Sequence record: PZ445534.1
DNA length: 64,000 bases
Strand: one strand, 5' to 3'
Source of the DNA: a phage
In this document: positions 10,620 to 28,989 of the stretch, piece after piece
Layout of the letters: every line of letters begins with the position of its first letter
How positions within the stretch are numbered: the first letter of the stretch is position 1
Translations under genes and position numbers: made by a program
The notes under the pieces: model-generated
The model's input: the letters and a program-made list of their open reading frames with translations, nothing else
The model's database searches: none
What the model was told of the DNA's origin: nothing

Positions 10620-11018
10620 ATGAAAACAGAATCTAGAGTAATTAATGGTAAGAAAGTAAATATCGTTCTGCTTGGGGCAAGAGATGGTATTAAGATGTCT
10701 ATGAAGTTGGGTAAGATTGTTGTCCCAACCTTTGCACAGATGCTATCAAGTCTGACTGACAAGGGTAAGAAAGAAGCTCCAATGGTTCCATTTAAAGAAC
10801 TTGTTGAAGCTTGTTTTGACAGAATTGAAGAAATTAACCTTGAAGAGATGGCTACCCTGCTGTTTCAAGGGGCAACTGTTGATGACTTCCCACTTAATAT
10901 TGATACGTACTTCCAAGCAAACTACGGTGAGTTTATTGATTACTTAGCATTTGCGCTGGAGGCAAACTTCGGAAGTTTTTTCGAAGCAAGCATTTTCAAA
11001 AGCCTAACTTCTCAGTAA
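10620..11018 (+). CDS. tail assembly chaperone (G-like)
   Basis: 132 aa ORF immediately upstream of tape measure; contains slippery heptamer near 3' end. Confidence 0.55.
   Translation: MKTESRVINGKKVNIVLLGARDGIKMSMKLGKIVVPTFAQMLSSLTDKGKKEAPMVPFKELVEACFDRIEEINLEEMATLLFQGATVDDFPLNIDTYFQANYGEFIDYLAFALEANFGSFFEASIFKSLTSQ
10976..10982 (+). other. -1 programmed ribosomal frameshift slippery site T_TTT_TTC
   Basis: Heptamer TTTTTTC in X_XXY_YYZ register of the 10620 ORF; -1 frame is open from 10982 into ORF 11021..11260. Confidence 0.55.
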
Positions 11019-11020
11019 AC

Positions 11021-11259
11021 ATGGGTAACACTCTACAGACACCACTAACTGATGCTGCTGTAGAGGCAACCTATGAAGAAGCAGACGAGATGAAATTTGT
11101 GCTTGCTATTTATGGTATGGAAGGGTGTAAAGAAACACTTGACCAACTCTTTGCTATGACATTCTCTGATTTATTATCATTGAGACAATTTCTTGAGATT
11201 CAGAGGTCGTATAAAGAGGAAATTGCTTACAACGAACTTAGAAGAGCAGGAAAAATGTA

Positions 11260-11260
<1 letters not shown>
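11021..11260 (+). CDS. tail assembly chaperone frameshift extension (GT-like C-terminal part), probably expressed as a fusion via the -1 frameshift
   Basis: 79 aa ORF in -1 frame relative to 10620..11018, contiguous open frame from slippery site. Confidence 0.5.
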
Positions 11261-19276
<8,016 letters not shown>

Positions 19277-19278
19277 TA

Positions 19279-20427
19279 ATGGCAGTAGGTGAAATTCAAA
19301 TTAGTGCCTTGCCTCAAGCAGCCTTACCAATTGACCTTAGTGATATCTTCCATCTTAAACAGGGTATCGAGGATAAGAGATGCACTCTTGAGCAATTACT
19401 TGCTCCACACTCAAGCCTAAGAAATAACCCTCATGGTGTTACTAAGACACAAATTGGTTTAGATAACGTTATTAATGCTCTCCAGTTAGTTGCTGAAAAT
19501 AACTTATCAGACATTGTTAATGTAGCTGAGGCAAGAGCAAATCTACAGATTATGTCTTCAGAAGAGGTTAATAATCTTATTCAACAACATATTGATGATA
19601 AGAGCAACCCACACAATACCACTAAGGCACAGGTTGGGTTAAGTAATGTTCAGAACTGGGTGACATCTAACCTTTATAACGAGGATGCAGATAAGTATGC
19701 TACAGCAAGAGCAGTAAATAACTTGTACAAGGCTGTTCAGGCTTCTTATCCAGTAGGTACTATCCATCTCTCTATGAATCCTGCAAACCCTTCTACATAT
19801 TTAATTTGTGGAGGTACTTGGGAGTTAGTTTCAAAAGGAAGAGCACTTGTAGGTTATGATAGTGCTTCTAGGCCAGTTGGCTCAACGTTTGGTTCGCAGA
19901 CTACTGCACTGACAGTTAACAACATTCCTGCACATACTCACTCAGTATACATCACTGGTGGTGGTCACACACACGGTGCAACGGCCTCTGTCAGTGCTTT
20001 TGACTACGGTACTAAAGGGACTACAACGTTTGACTATGGAACAAAGACTGTATCTACTTATGACTATGGTAACAGAACAACCAGTGCTGCTGGTTTAACA
20101 CAAACAACATTCATTAATCGTGGTTATGCTGATGGTGGTTGGAGAGGTTTATCAGTTGAGGGGGCAAGCTATGACCCAAGAGCTACGCTGACAACAGCTA
20201 ACAACCACACTCACTCTGTAGCAATTGGTGCGCATAATCACACAGTTGGTATTGGTGCTCACAGTCATTCTGTTGCAATTGGCTCCCACAACCACTCAGC
20301 AACAGTAACAGTAACCGGAGCAGGTGAGCATTCGCACTCTGGCACAACTGGCACAACTGGTTCTGGTCAAGCATTTAGCGTTGAACAGCCATCCTTCGTA
20401 TTGTATGTATGGCAGAGAACAGCTTAA
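19279..20427 (+). CDS. tail fibre protein with His-x-His repeat C-terminal domain
   Basis: 382 aa; duplicated NPH(G/N)xTK(T/A)Q(I/V)GL motif; C-terminal HTHSV / [24 protein letters not shown] repeats. Confidence 0.7.
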   Translation: MAVGEIQISALPQAALPIDLSDIFHLKQGIEDKRCTLEQLLAPHSSLRNNPHGVTKTQIGLDNVINALQLVAENNLSDIVNVAEARANLQIMSSEEVNNLIQQHIDDKSNPHNTTKAQVGLSNVQNWVTSNLYNEDADKYATARAVNNLYKAVQASYPVGTIHLSMNPANPSTYLICGGTWELVSKGRALVGYDSASRPVGSTFGSQTTALTVNNIPAHTHSVYITGGGHTHGATASVSAFDYGTKGTTTFDYGTKTVSTYDYGNRTTSAAGLTQTTFINRGYADGGWRGLSVEGASYDPRATLTTANNHTHSVAIGAHNHTVGIGAHSHSVAIGSHNHSATVTVTGAGEHSHSGTTGTTGSGQAFSVEQPSFVLYVWQRTA

Positions 20428-20437
20428 TTTCTTTACA

Positions 20438-20457
20438 GGGGCTTTATAGCCCCTTTT
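20438..20457 (+). terminator. rho-independent terminator
   Basis: GGGGCT-ttat-AGCCCC hairpin followed by TTTT. Confidence 0.5.
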
Positions 20458-20473
20458 AAGAGGAAAATTTATA

Positions 20474-22816
20474 ATGGCAGATTACAAGTTGAGTGAATTA
20501 AACTCAATTGATACAATTCGTTCAGACGACCTTCTTCATGTCAGGGTTAAAAAGAGACCTGAAATGCTGGGTGATGAAGACCGTCGAATGACCTATCAAG
20601 ATTTCTTAGCATCTTTTAAACTAGAAAGGTTTGTTCAGATTGCTGGTAGCACTATGACTGGTGACTTAGGGATTGTTAAGTTACTTTATGGTGGTAAGGC
20701 AATCTTTGACCCAACAGGCTCTTCTGAGATTACTATTGGGGATGTTTTAAAGACTTTTAAAATCAACGCAAATGGCCTTAAACTAACTATTGCAGATGCT
20801 TCAAGGTCGGCAACTGTTTATCATACTCTGAATAAGCCAAGTCCTAATGAACTTGGGATGAGAACTAATGAAGAGAATGATGCAAGATACTCAAGATTAG
20901 CTGCAAATAACACCTTTAGAGGTACTCAAGCTATTCTCTCTGATAATGAAGCCCTCATTGTTAAGAATATTACACAAGGGATGCCACTCTATATTCGTGG
21001 TCAAGATGCAGATGGCACTAACAGATGGTATCTAGGCAATGATAATAAAGGCACAGACAACCTTGTTTTAAAAAACGTTAAATATGGTGCATACGTAGCG
21101 ATTTTAGCTAACCTAATCTCTGTGAATAAATCAATTCAAATCAATGGTCAAGTTCAACCTTCTGACTTCTCTAACTTAGATGCTAGATACTTTACTCAGA
21201 CAGCAGCTAATCAGAGATTTGCGCAGCTAGTTGGTAATAACACATTCAGTGGTTTAAACACATTCAACCAACTAAGTGTTTTCAAAAAAGATGGTGAAGC
21301 AATTAGGCTACAGAATGCCAATGCTGCACAACCATTGTACATTAAGGCGATTGATAGCACAGGTGTCAACAGATGGTACATTGGTAATAGTAACGAAGGT
21401 GATAACGTAGCTCTAGAAAACTACAAAACTAGTGGCAAGATTACTGTAGGGACAAGTGTTAATATCAATAAAACACTAACTGTAACTGGTCAAGTTCAAC
21501 CTTCTGACTGGACTAACATTGACTCTCGTTATGTTCTTATCGGTTCATACGCAAATCTTGCTAAGAAGAATGAAGCTAACACATTCACTTTACAGCAGAA
21601 TATTCAATCTGATGGTGAAGCATTAAGAATCTACAGCAAGGCTCAGAATAATTCTTCTTACATTGTTGGTAAGAATACTGATAACACAAATAAGTGGTTT
21701 ATCGGTTGTGGTACTAATGGTTCTGGTACGGCATCATTCCATAACTACTTGACTGGTGCAAGAATTGATTTAGCTGACGAAATTCTTCTGTCTAAATCTC
21801 TACAGATTACTGGACAGGTAAAACCTTCTGATTGGGGTAACTTGGATGCAAGGTACTTCACGCAGACAGCAGCTAACTCAAGATTCATGTTGGCATCAAA
21901 TACTGGTCAGTACACTGCTACAGACTGGAATGCTGTCCCTTGGGATGCTAAAACAGGGCTGTACAACATCATGAATGGTGGTGGTTCGCAGATGATTTTC
22001 CACATGTATCAAGCAGTTGGTTCATGTCGTTCTGCACAACTACGTTTTAACTACAAAAATGGTGGAATGTTTTACAGGTCGTCAAGGGATGGTTTTGGTT
22101 TTGAAGCAGATTGGTCTAAGATTTATACAGAAGCACAGAAACCAACCCCTTCAGAGCTTGGTGCATACACTAAAGCTGAAACTGACCAGAAGATTGCACA
22201 GGCAGTAAGTGACTCTACAGACCTTAACAAAATCTATCCAGTGGGTATTGTGACGTGGTTTAACAGTAATGTTAACCCTAATACAGCACTGCCTGGTCTA
22301 ACTTGGACGTATCTGAACAATGGTGTTGGTAGAACTATCAGAATTGCAGCAGCAAACGGTTCAGATGTTGCTACAACTGGTGGTTCAGACTCTGTGACGT
22401 TAGCTGTTGGGAACTTGCCTTCACACACTCACAGTTTTTCTGCGACTACCTCATCGTTTGACTACGGAACAAAAAACACTAACACGACTGGTGCTCACAC
22501 ACACTCTGTAAGTGGCTCTACTTCATCTGCTGGTAACCACAACCATTCCATTTCGTGGATTGGTCAGAACTCTACACACTACTCTGGTGGTGGTGGTGGT
22601 AAAATCGGTACAGGTCCGGGTTACACTGATGCTGCTGGTGCGCACACCCACTCTGTAAGTGGTACTGCTGGTTCTGCTGGTAACCACGCTCACAGTGTTG
22701 GTATTGGTGCTCACAGTCATACAGTTAGTGGTAACACTGGTGGTACAGGTTCTGGTTCCGCATTTAGTGTTACTAACCAGTTCTATAAGTTAATGGCTTG
22801 GGTAAGAACTGCTTAA
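20474..22816 (+). CDS. long tail fibre protein with three internal tandem repeats and His-x-His C-terminal domain
   Basis: 780 aa; three ~110 aa repeats each carrying GQV(Q/K)PSD(F/W)xN(L/I)D(A/S)RY; C-terminal GAHTHSVSG...NHNHS...[17 protein letters not shown]; C-terminus resembles that of 19279 ORF. Confidence 0.75.
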   Translation: MADYKLSELNSIDTIRSDDLLHVRVKKRPEMLGDEDRRMTYQDFLASFKLERFVQIAGSTMTGDLGIVKLLYGGKAIFDPTGSSEITIGDVLKTFKINANGLKLTIADASRSATVYHTLNKPSPNELGMRTNEENDARYSRLAANNTFRGTQAILSDNEALIVKNITQGMPLYIRGQDADGTNRWYLGNDNKGTDNLVLKNVKYGAYVAILANLISVNKSIQINGQVQPSDFSNLDARYFTQTAANQRFAQLVGNNTFSGLNTFNQLSVFKKDGEAIRLQNANAAQPLYIKAIDSTGVNRWYIGNSNEGDNVALENYKTSGKITVGTSVNINKTLTVTGQVQPSDWTNIDSRYVLIGSYANLAKKNEANTFTLQQNIQSDGEALRIYSKAQNNSSYIVGKNTDNTNKWFIGCGTNGSGTASFHNYLTGARIDLADEILLSKSLQITGQVKPSDWGNLDARYFTQTAANSRFMLASNTGQYTATDWNAVPWDAKTGLYNIMNGGGSQMIFHMYQAVGSCRSAQLRFNYKNGGMFYRSSRDGFGFEADWSKIYTEAQKPTPSELGAYTKAETDQKIAQAVSDSTDLNKIYPVGIVTWFNSNVNPNTALPGLTWTYLNNGVGRTIRIAAANGSDVATTGGSDSVTLAVGNLPSHTHSFSATTSSFDYGTKNTNTTGAHTHSVSGSTSSAGNHNHSISWIGQNSTHYSGGGGGKIGTGPGYTDAAGAHTHSVSGTAGSAGNHAHSVGIGAHSHTVSGNTGGTGSGSAFSVTNQFYKLMAWVRTA

Positions 22817-22895
22817 TCCCTTGTTGACTGATTGTTAAGATGGTGTTAATATTCTTTATGGGTATTCTCACCATCTTGGCTGATGAGGTGATTAA

Positions 22896-23093
22896 ATGCC
22901 TACAATCCTAGCAATTCTTCTAAAAAATCTAGGTAGCTTCTTCTGGAAACTCATTTTATCCCTTCTAAGTGAATACATGATTGAGAAAGTGTTCTTTAAG
23001 CTTGCAAGATACCTTGCGAGTAAAACAGACACACCTATTGATGATGAGTTCGTAGATAACTTAGAAAAAGCTTTTAAGGGGGAGAATAAATGA
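22896..23093 (+). CDS. small hydrophobic protein
   Basis: 65 aa, hydrophobic N-terminus. Confidence 0.3.
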   Translation: MPTILAILLKNLGSFFWKLILSLLSEYMIEKVFFKLARYLASKTDTPIDDEFVDNLEKAFKGENK

Positions 23094-23461
23094 AGTGGCT
23101 AGAGGAAGCTTTTAAAAACAATATTGGTGCAATTGTTGTTGGTATTTTTAGTGTTATTGGGATGTATACCACTATGCAAGTTTCAAGTGGTAAGCAAGAA
23201 GTGTCTGTCACAACAAAGTTACAGCAGCTAGATAATTATTCCAAAAGTAACTATTCAGCTATTCGTGATTTACAGTCTGACATGAGACTGATTCAGCTAG
23301 GGATGGAGAACCAGAAAGTTCAGTTAGAGAATGTTAAGGGTGAAAACGCAAAACTCACCAAAACTCTTGATAAATTCTCTGACAGTGTGAACAATCTGGC
23401 TCAATCAGTATCAGCCCTCCAAGCTATTACTGAAAAGAACACAAAGAATACTGAAAAATAA
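23090..23461 (+). CDS. membrane-anchored coiled-coil protein
   Basis: 123 aa; N-terminal TM helix (IGAIVVGIFSVIGMY) then coiled coil. Confidence 0.35.
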   Translation: MKWLEEAFKNNIGAIVVGIFSVIGMYTTMQVSSGKQEVSVTTKLQQLDNYSKSNYSAIRDLQSDMRLIQLGMENQKVQLENVKGENAKLTKTLDKFSDSVNNLAQSVSALQAITEKNTKNTEK

Positions 23462-23468
23462 AGTTTAA

Positions 23469-23494
23469 GGCTCCTTTTTACGGGAGCCTTTTTT
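23469..23494. terminator. bidirectional rho-independent terminator between convergent operons
   Basis: AGGCTCC-tttttac-GGGAGCCT hairpin flanked by T-run (plus) and A-run. Confidence 0.55.
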
Positions 23495-23497
23495 GTT

Positions 23498-24397
23498 TTA
23501 CTTACCTACTGACAAAGGTGCTTCAATCTTTCCTGCATGTTGGTAGTTGCTAATACCACCAATAAAATCACTTGCGGTAAGGTGTTTTAGGTCACTTAGT
23601 GTGTTAAGCTGCACACCAATCTCAAAAGTAGGTGCATGGAACTCTTTATTGTTCATCAGTTCATAAACCTGCTTCATATGGTTCTGATAAATCTGAGTAT
23701 CTCCAAAGACACCTATCAAGTATCGTGGAGTATACCCAGTCATCTTGCAAAGAACTTCCAGAATAAAGCCATAGGATGCAATGTTAAACGGAAGTCCTAA
23801 AAAGGTGTCTACAGAACGTTGATACCATTGTAAATCAACTTCACCCTCATTAGTAATGTAAATCTGAAACAGAACATGACAAGGTGCTAAAGCCATCGAG
23901 TTGGCTGCAATATCTGCTGCATTCCAAGCATTAACAAGCATGTAACGGTCTGTGATATCACCTTTCATCTTCGTTACTAAGGTCTCTAACTGGTCTACAA
24001 CACAACCATTATGACCTTCAAAGTTTCTCCACTGAACCCCGTAGATTCTTCCACCTGCATCTTCTAACCAGTCTTGCTCAGAGGAATAGCTAGAGCTTAA
24101 CCAGCGTTTAAAATCATCTGACCAGATAGTCCAACGTTCCCCATCATTTTCACCCCAAGTACGGTAACGGAGTTCACCAAGTTTATTCTCACCGTTCAGG
24201 AACCATAAAGCTTCCCCAATAACTTGCCGTGTAAACACCTGTTTAGATGTTAAGAGTGGGAAACCAGTACGCATATCAAAACGAAATTTTGGTGGAGCAA
24301 AAGCAGAGATAACATCTCCAGTTCGTGTAGTACGCAGTTCACCAACTGATAAAACATGGTTCAGGATATTTTTGTAGCTTGTATCTGCTTGTGACAT
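23498..24397 (-). CDS. thyA: thymidylate synthase
   Basis: 299 aa; overall resemblance to ThyA family as recalled; adjacent to DHFR as in T4 frd-td. Confidence 0.8.
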   Translation of the reverse strand: MSQADTSYKNILNHVLSVGELRTTRTGDVISAFAPPKFRFDMRTGFPLLTSKQVFTRQVIGEALWFLNGENKLGELRYRTWGENDGERWTIWSDDFKRWLSSSYSSEQDWLEDAGGRIYGVQWRNFEGHNGCVVDQLETLVTKMKGDITDRYMLVNAWNAADIAANSMALAPCHVLFQIYITNEGEVDLQWYQRSVDTFLGLPFNIASYGFILEVLCKMTGYTPRYLIGVFGDTQIYQNHMKQVYELMNNKEFHAPTFEIGVQLNTLSDLKHLTASDFIGGISNYQHAGKIEAPLSVGK

Positions 24398-24398
24398 A

Positions 24399-24944
24399 TT
24401 AAAAGTGCCCTTTTACTTGTGGAACATAAATTTCAAAGGTTGCTTTACCATCCTCTGATGGTTTTGACTGTACCTTTGTAAATACACGGTTATCATACAG
24501 CTTCTCAAAGAAGTTTTCAAAAGGTAAATGCACAGTGGCCTCTTCAGTAACTTTATGGAAAACAGTATGGAACACCACACTAGCATATGGTAAAGCGTTG
24601 ACAAGGATACCTGCACCACCAATTACAAAGATATCTTCATCAATAGAGCTATCAAGATACTTCAAAAATGCTCCAAATGACTCTTTACTGGCTTTAGCAT
24701 ACATTACATCATCTTTGCCAAAGTCTATGCCTAAGTATGGTACAGAATTTGTTAAGATGAGGTTTGCACGTTCTGGTAAAGGTTTACTACCCAGAGTCTT
24801 AAAAGTCTCATTACCCATGACTACTAAGTTATTTTTAGTGAGTCTCTTAAACTCTTGCATGTCCTGTTTATGTCGAGGCCACGGCATACCAGTCGGTGTA
24901 CCAAATTCACCGTTTTCACCACTTGCAAATATTAGTTTAATCAT
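24399..24944 (-). CDS. frd: dihydrofolate reductase
   Basis: 181 aa; N-terminal IFASGENGEFG...MPWP DHFR-like signature; coupled to thyA. Confidence 0.75.
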   Translation of the reverse strand: MIKLIFASGENGEFGTPTGMPWPRHKQDMQEFKRLTKNNLVVMGNETFKTLGSKPLPERANLILTNSVPYLGIDFGKDDVMYAKASKESFGAFLKYLDSSIDEDIFVIGGAGILVNALPYASVVFHTVFHKVTEEATVHLPFENFFEKLYDNRVFTKVQSKPSEDGKATFEIYVPQVKGHF

Positions 24945-25201
24945 TTTGTAAACCCTTTCTTAATGAACCAGTTGATGACACTCTTCACAAATTTACTACG
25001 ATGGTAGATAAAATGTGGAGAGGGTTGGTATGAACCATAAGCCCAGAAAGCGATAATTTCATTACACCCTGTGCATCGGGTACTTTCTTCAGCAATATGA
25101 CCGTTGACTATTTCATTTACCTCACCTTGTAAGTCTGTACACCCACAATGTGGACAACGGATAGGTGTTCCATCAGACTCATAGCAGTGTTCAATTTTCA
25201 T
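24941..25201 (-). CDS. zinc-ribbon protein
   Basis: 86 aa with CPHCGC...CTGC. Confidence 0.4.
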   Translation of the reverse strand: MKIEHCYESDGTPIRCPHCGCTDLQGEVNEIVNGHIAEESTRCTGCNEIIAFWAYGSYQPSPHFIYHRSKFVKSVINWFIKKGFTK

Positions 25202-25717
25202 CTATTTAACCTCAAAAACTGGCTCAAGAACCAATATAAAGTCTACACAGTCATCTTCTTCATCCAGAACACCATCAAAGTTCTTAGGAACGAAGTCGAA
25301 GAGGCTCATAACAAAACAGTCAGAAGTGACCCTGATAGTTCCTCCCATGTTCTCTACAGTTAACACTGTACGACTTTCTTTTACCTCCCTCAGAAGATTA
25401 CCCACAAAGTCATCCAAGAAGTGCTTCATCAGTGACTTAAAACCTTTAGGGTAATCTGTACCAGAGTATGTTTCAATCTGGGGAACAAGCTTAACATTTA
25501 TACTAGTCTTTGTTAAGAATGTATTAGAGAACATACTATCAGGTAACTTACAAACAGTCTTTCCAGTACCTTCATGTTCAATCTCAACAAAACCAGCTTC
25601 ATCGCCACATGTAACTATTTTAAAAGATGCTTCATTCTCATACTGTGAAGCCATAAACTTTTTAAGCATCACTTTAAGGAAGTCTGCATGAGCATCTTGT
25701 AAGAAGATATCAATCAT
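25202..25717 (-). CDS. hypothetical protein
   Basis: 171 aa ORF. Confidence 0.4.
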   Translation of the reverse strand: MIDIFLQDAHADFLKVMLKKFMASQYENEASFKIVTCGDEAGFVEIEHEGTGKTVCKLPDSMFSNTFLTKTSINVKLVPQIETYSGTDYPKGFKSLMKHFLDDFVGNLLREVKESRTVLTVENMGGTIRVTSDCFVMSLFDFVPKNFDGVLDEEDDCVDFILVLEPVFEVK

Positions 25718-25730
25718 AGTTAATCACCTA

Positions 25731-26090
25731 TTATGGGAACAAGCACTTAATGTCATCGTTTTTGAAAACAAAACTTGTGTAGTTATGACCATCAACATCC
25801 AGCCAAACAGCCTGAACATCTACACCATCAAGATTCTGGTAAAGTTCTTTGATGAAGTGGTCTTTCACAATCTGACTGCTAGTTGTTTCCAGCTTAATGT
25901 TCGAGATTGCTGAACCTACAGCCATATAGCCCATGACACGTTTCTTCTCAGTATGCTTAATCTTACCATCTTTGTAAGCCATAATGAGATTGGAAAGAAT
26001 CTTTACACCATAATACTTTTCAAGGTGAGTAGGTACACCATAAAAGCCTAATGCGAAGTTTTCAGAGTGGATAATGTTTTCACGTTTCAT
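25731..26090 (-). CDS. hypothetical protein
   Basis: 119 aa ORF. Confidence 0.4.
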   Translation of the reverse strand: MKRENIIHSENFALGFYGVPTHLEKYYGVKILSNLIMAYKDGKIKHTEKKRVMGYMAVGSAISNIKLETTSSQIVKDHFIKELYQNLDGVDVQAVWLDVDGHNYTSFVFKNDDIKCLFP

Positions 26091-26091
26091 A

Positions 26092-26421
26092 TTAATCTGC
26101 CAGCCTTAAATTAAAATTAACACCAAATTTTTCGCATACTTCCAACATATACTCAAGCGAGACATTACCAGTGAGGTGGACTATGTTGGATACACGAGCT
26201 TGAGAGATACCACAAATTTTAGCAACTTGCTCTTGAGAAAGACCTCTGGATTTAATCTCTCTCTTAAAACGATGTGCAACGAAATCTCTCATTTCGTCTA
26301 CATCCATTGGACAAATATAACTCTCCATTTCAGCCTCTCTGTCAGCCTCCCAATCATCTTGTGGAGCATAAGGGTCAAAAACCTCATTCATCTTTCTTCT
26401 TCCGTTTGCGTGAAGTGTCAA
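26092..26421 (-). CDS. helix-turn-helix DNA-binding protein
   Basis: 109 aa; HTH-like segment LSQEQVAKICGISQARVSNI. Confidence 0.45.
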   Translation of the reverse strand: MTLHANGRRKMNEVFDPYAPQDDWEADREAEMESYICPMDVDEMRDFVAHRFKREIKSRGLSQEQVAKICGISQARVSNIVHLTGNVSLEYMLEVCEKFGVNFNLRLAD

Positions 26422-26596
26422 TCAATGAATCTATGTTTGTAGCCCTAACCTTTTCACGTTCATCATTAAGATAATCGTCAAGAGCCTTTTCAATCTGTGA
26501 ATCATCTTGACAGATAACTGTAAAGACTGTAAAGCCATCTGTATCGTCAATTATCTTGCCATAACCACTTCTGGGATGTAACTTTTTAAGAGCCAT
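26384..26596 (-). CDS. hypothetical protein
   Basis: 70 aa ORF; overlaps downstream ORF so true start may be internal. Confidence 0.25.
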   Translation of the reverse strand: MALKKLHPRSGYGKIIDDTDGFTVFTVICQDDSQIEKALDDYLNDEREKVRATNIDSLIDTSRKRKKKDE

Positions 26597-26597
26597 A

Positions 26598-26981
26598 TCA
26601 AATACCTGTGCAGCTTCTGTTTTCTAAGAAATACTCAACACCATACATAGCTTTTTGCATCAAATCCTCTTTAAACTGGATACGATGATTTAGCATAGCC
26701 TGTACATCAATATTATCAGGGTGCTTCTCTTTAATGTTTGCAGATTGCAAGAAATACTCTGCAAGAACACGATACTGATAGTCAGTTACTTTATCAGTCA
26801 TCTCTGTTAAAGACTCTTCAGAGATTGGTTTAAGTAACTCACCATTAGCCAGAGCAACACCTTTAACAATCTGACAAGTATCTTCTGGAACACCTGATAA
26901 GTCCACATTTGGGAGTTCTGTTGCATTGACTGGTAAATTCATTGCCATAACCATTGCAGCAGCTAATAAAATCTTTTTCAT
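26598..26981 (-). CDS. secreted protein with signal peptide
   Basis: 127 aa; MKKILLAAAMVMAMNLPVNA signal peptide; first gene after long non-coding region. Confidence 0.45.
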   Translation of the reverse strand: MKKILLAAAMVMAMNLPVNATELPNVDLSGVPEDTCQIVKGVALANGELLKPISEESLTEMTDKVTDYQYRVLAEYFLQSANIKEKHPDNIDVQAMLNHRIQFKEDLMQKAMYGVEYFLENRSCTGI

Positions 26982-27025
26982 AATGACCTCAAAGTTATAT
27001 TAAATTTTGTATTACATTGAGTATA

Positions 27026-27054
27026 AAAATAAGCTATAATACCTGACTTGTCAA
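27026..27054 (-). promoter_or_regulatory. sigma70-like promoter (TTGACA-17-TATTTT) for leftward gene at 26981
   Basis: Reverse strand TTGACA at 27054-27049, 17 nt spacer, TATTTT at 27031-27026. Confidence 0.35.
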
Positions 27055-27414
27055 CAGATTTTATAGCTTATTTGGCAGATTTTTTATAAGGCTACTGCCA
27101 TCCTTCCATACCAGACCACACCATGCCAAACCAGACTTCACATCACCTTACCGTGCAATACATTACTTAAAAACCCTCTTAAAAGGGTCTTAAGTGATGC
27201 TGGTGAGTACCCGTTGGTTTATGCTGCTCAGTATACTCACCAAATTTTCTATGTCAACAACTTTTTATATAAAAGTCCTGATAGCTATATGTGTTACAAA
27301 ACAGAAGATTGTGAACAAGACACCCATTGCAAAGGATGTGTTCAAAAGCTTACTTGTGATGTAAGACAACACAAAGATAACTAATGCAAATAGTATGATT
27401 ATGCTTAGCATAGT

Positions 27415-28518
27415 TTACTCATAATCCCTAATAACTAGCCCGACAGGGAACTGTAAAGAACCCTTACGAGTCATCTTCTGGAACTGAACCGTTAGAGGCT
27501 TCCCGATAAACTCTTCAGGATGCTCAGCAAGATACTGTTTCTTCTCATGAGTAGTCTTCCATGAGACATCTACAAAGACGTTAGGAAGAGTCTCTACAAC
27601 GAACTTACCATGACCACGTTTATCAGTCTTTACACCAGTAACTTTAAACTCTTCAGTGTGCATCTTCTTGTGCTTAATCAAGAAGTATGAACGGTGACCA
27701 CACTCATAGAAAGATTCTTCAGAGATTGAACGGTACATTGCACCTTCAAACTTAGCTTCAACCCACTTATCATGAGCTTCATCAAATTCTTCCCAAGAAT
27801 TTACACGACGAGACTTAACAGGAACAACTTTACAGCCATCTCTAAAGTCATTCAATGGTGAAGTCTCAATAATATCTCTACGCTCAGGCCACGTCTTAGT
27901 GCTGTCACAGATATCGTACCAGTAAAACTTGAGTAAATGTCGGTCAGGATTGTCTTCATTTTTAATCATGGAGACAATATCTTCTAAGTCCCACCCATGA
28001 GCATAAATCTCACCATCAAATTCATCAACATCTTTATGGAGCCTCAACATTGCCATAATGTCAGGTATTAGCTCAGTAGGAATTTTATAAATAGTGTTCT
28101 CACGAGAATATGCTGTAAATACACTGCCAATACTCAAGTGTCTTGAAATTCTACAACGGACACCATCAAGTTTTGGTTGAGCATCAGCAGGGAACTTCAG
28201 ATACTTTGCATGGCTAACCTTTGCAGCATCATGAGCAAGCTGTACACCTACCTTCTCAGTATTCTGTGCAGACTCTTTTGTGTAAGCATAACCTTTGCGG
28301 TCTACTTGCTTTTTATACTTAGCAGCAACTTCAAAGAGAGCTTGCTGTTCAGCATTACGCTCATTCTTTTTACCGATGTTCTTAGGCTCTGCTGTGTACT
28401 CTTCAAACATCATCTTGCCATTTTCTTTACCATAGGTTGTAATAACTTTGTTACCTATAGCACCGCATGACCAGATGTTGAAGGAACCGTCTTTATTTTG
28501 TTTGTATAGTGTTGTCAT
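27415..28518 (-). CDS. ATP-dependent DNA ligase
   Basis: 367 aa; adenylation motif I KLDGVR (PKLDGVRC). Confidence 0.8.
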   Translation of the reverse strand: MTTLYKQNKDGSFNIWSCGAIGNKVITTYGKENGKMMFEEYTAEPKNIGKKNERNAEQQALFEVAAKYKKQVDRKGYAYTKESAQNTEKVGVQLAHDAAKVSHAKYLKFPADAQPKLDGVRCRISRHLSIGSVFTAYSRENTIYKIPTELIPDIMAMLRLHKDVDEFDGEIYAHGWDLEDIVSMIKNEDNPDRHLLKFYWYDICDSTKTWPERRDIIETSPLNDFRDGCKVVPVKSRRVNSWEEFDEAHDKWVEAKFEGAMYRSISEESFYECGHRSYFLIKHKKMHTEEFKVTGVKTDKRGHGKFVVETLPNVFVDVSWKTTHEKKQYLAEHPEEFIGKPLTVQFQKMTRKGSLQFPVGLVIRDYE

Positions 28519-28820
28519 TTTCTCTTACCACCAATCTCTACGTCGATAACCTGAACATCACCAGCAACATCAAACTTATGAATGATGCTTTCCACAGTGT
28601 AAGTCCAACCATCAATGCGAACCAACTCACCTTCTCGTGGGACGATTGGATTACGTTGAGCTATGGTTGTAGTGGAGTGAACAACATCATAACGATAGAT
28701 ATAGTTTACTAATACTTCCATCGTGAAAACCTCACTCAATAACCGTAGTATGTGATTGACCATTTTTGCCATAGCTATAAGATGTTGTTGTTTGAGAGTT
28801 TGGGCATCTGACAACAACAA
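28515..28820 (-). CDS. hypothetical protein
   Basis: 101 aa ORF; overlaps next ORF by ~90 nt, start likely internal. Confidence 0.3.
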   Translation of the reverse strand: MLLSDAQTLKQQHLIAMAKMVNHILRLLSEVFTMEVLVNYIYRYDVVHSTTTIAQRNPIVPREGELVRIDGWTYTVESIIHKFDVAGDVQVIDVEIGGKRK

Positions 28821-28989
28821 TATCTCTGCTTATAGCATCACCATTGAGTTTGTAGATTTTGCAGTCTTGCATCTCTGGAGGGAGGCTGTAAGAAGCATCT
28901 TTGTTTTCATAAGATGGGTTGCAGCCAGCCAGAAAAATTACTCCAAGTGCAACCATTGCTTTCACACAACTCTTAACCTTATTGTTCAC
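28732..28989 (-). CDS. putative lipoprotein
   Basis: 85 aa; lipobox LAGC after signal peptide. Confidence 0.4.
   Translation of the reverse strand: MNNKVKSCVKAMVALGVIFLAGCNPSYENKDASYSLPPEMQDCKIYKLNGDAISRDIVVVRCPNSQTTTSYSYGKNGQSHTTVIE

Noticed and set aside
22896-23461. Holin/spanin lysis cassette after the tail fibre genes
   Set aside because: A convincing overlapped Rz/Rz1 pair exists at 61149-61659; these two ORFs have only a generic TM-plus-coiled-coil character, so they are left as membrane proteins of unknown function.
26982-27414. Possible tRNA genes in long non-coding regions (also 51609-51772 and 63436-63958)
   Set aside because: No GTTCRANYC T-loop-like motif with an appropriately spaced acceptor stem or cloverleaf could be found by eye; a tRNA scanner should confirm.
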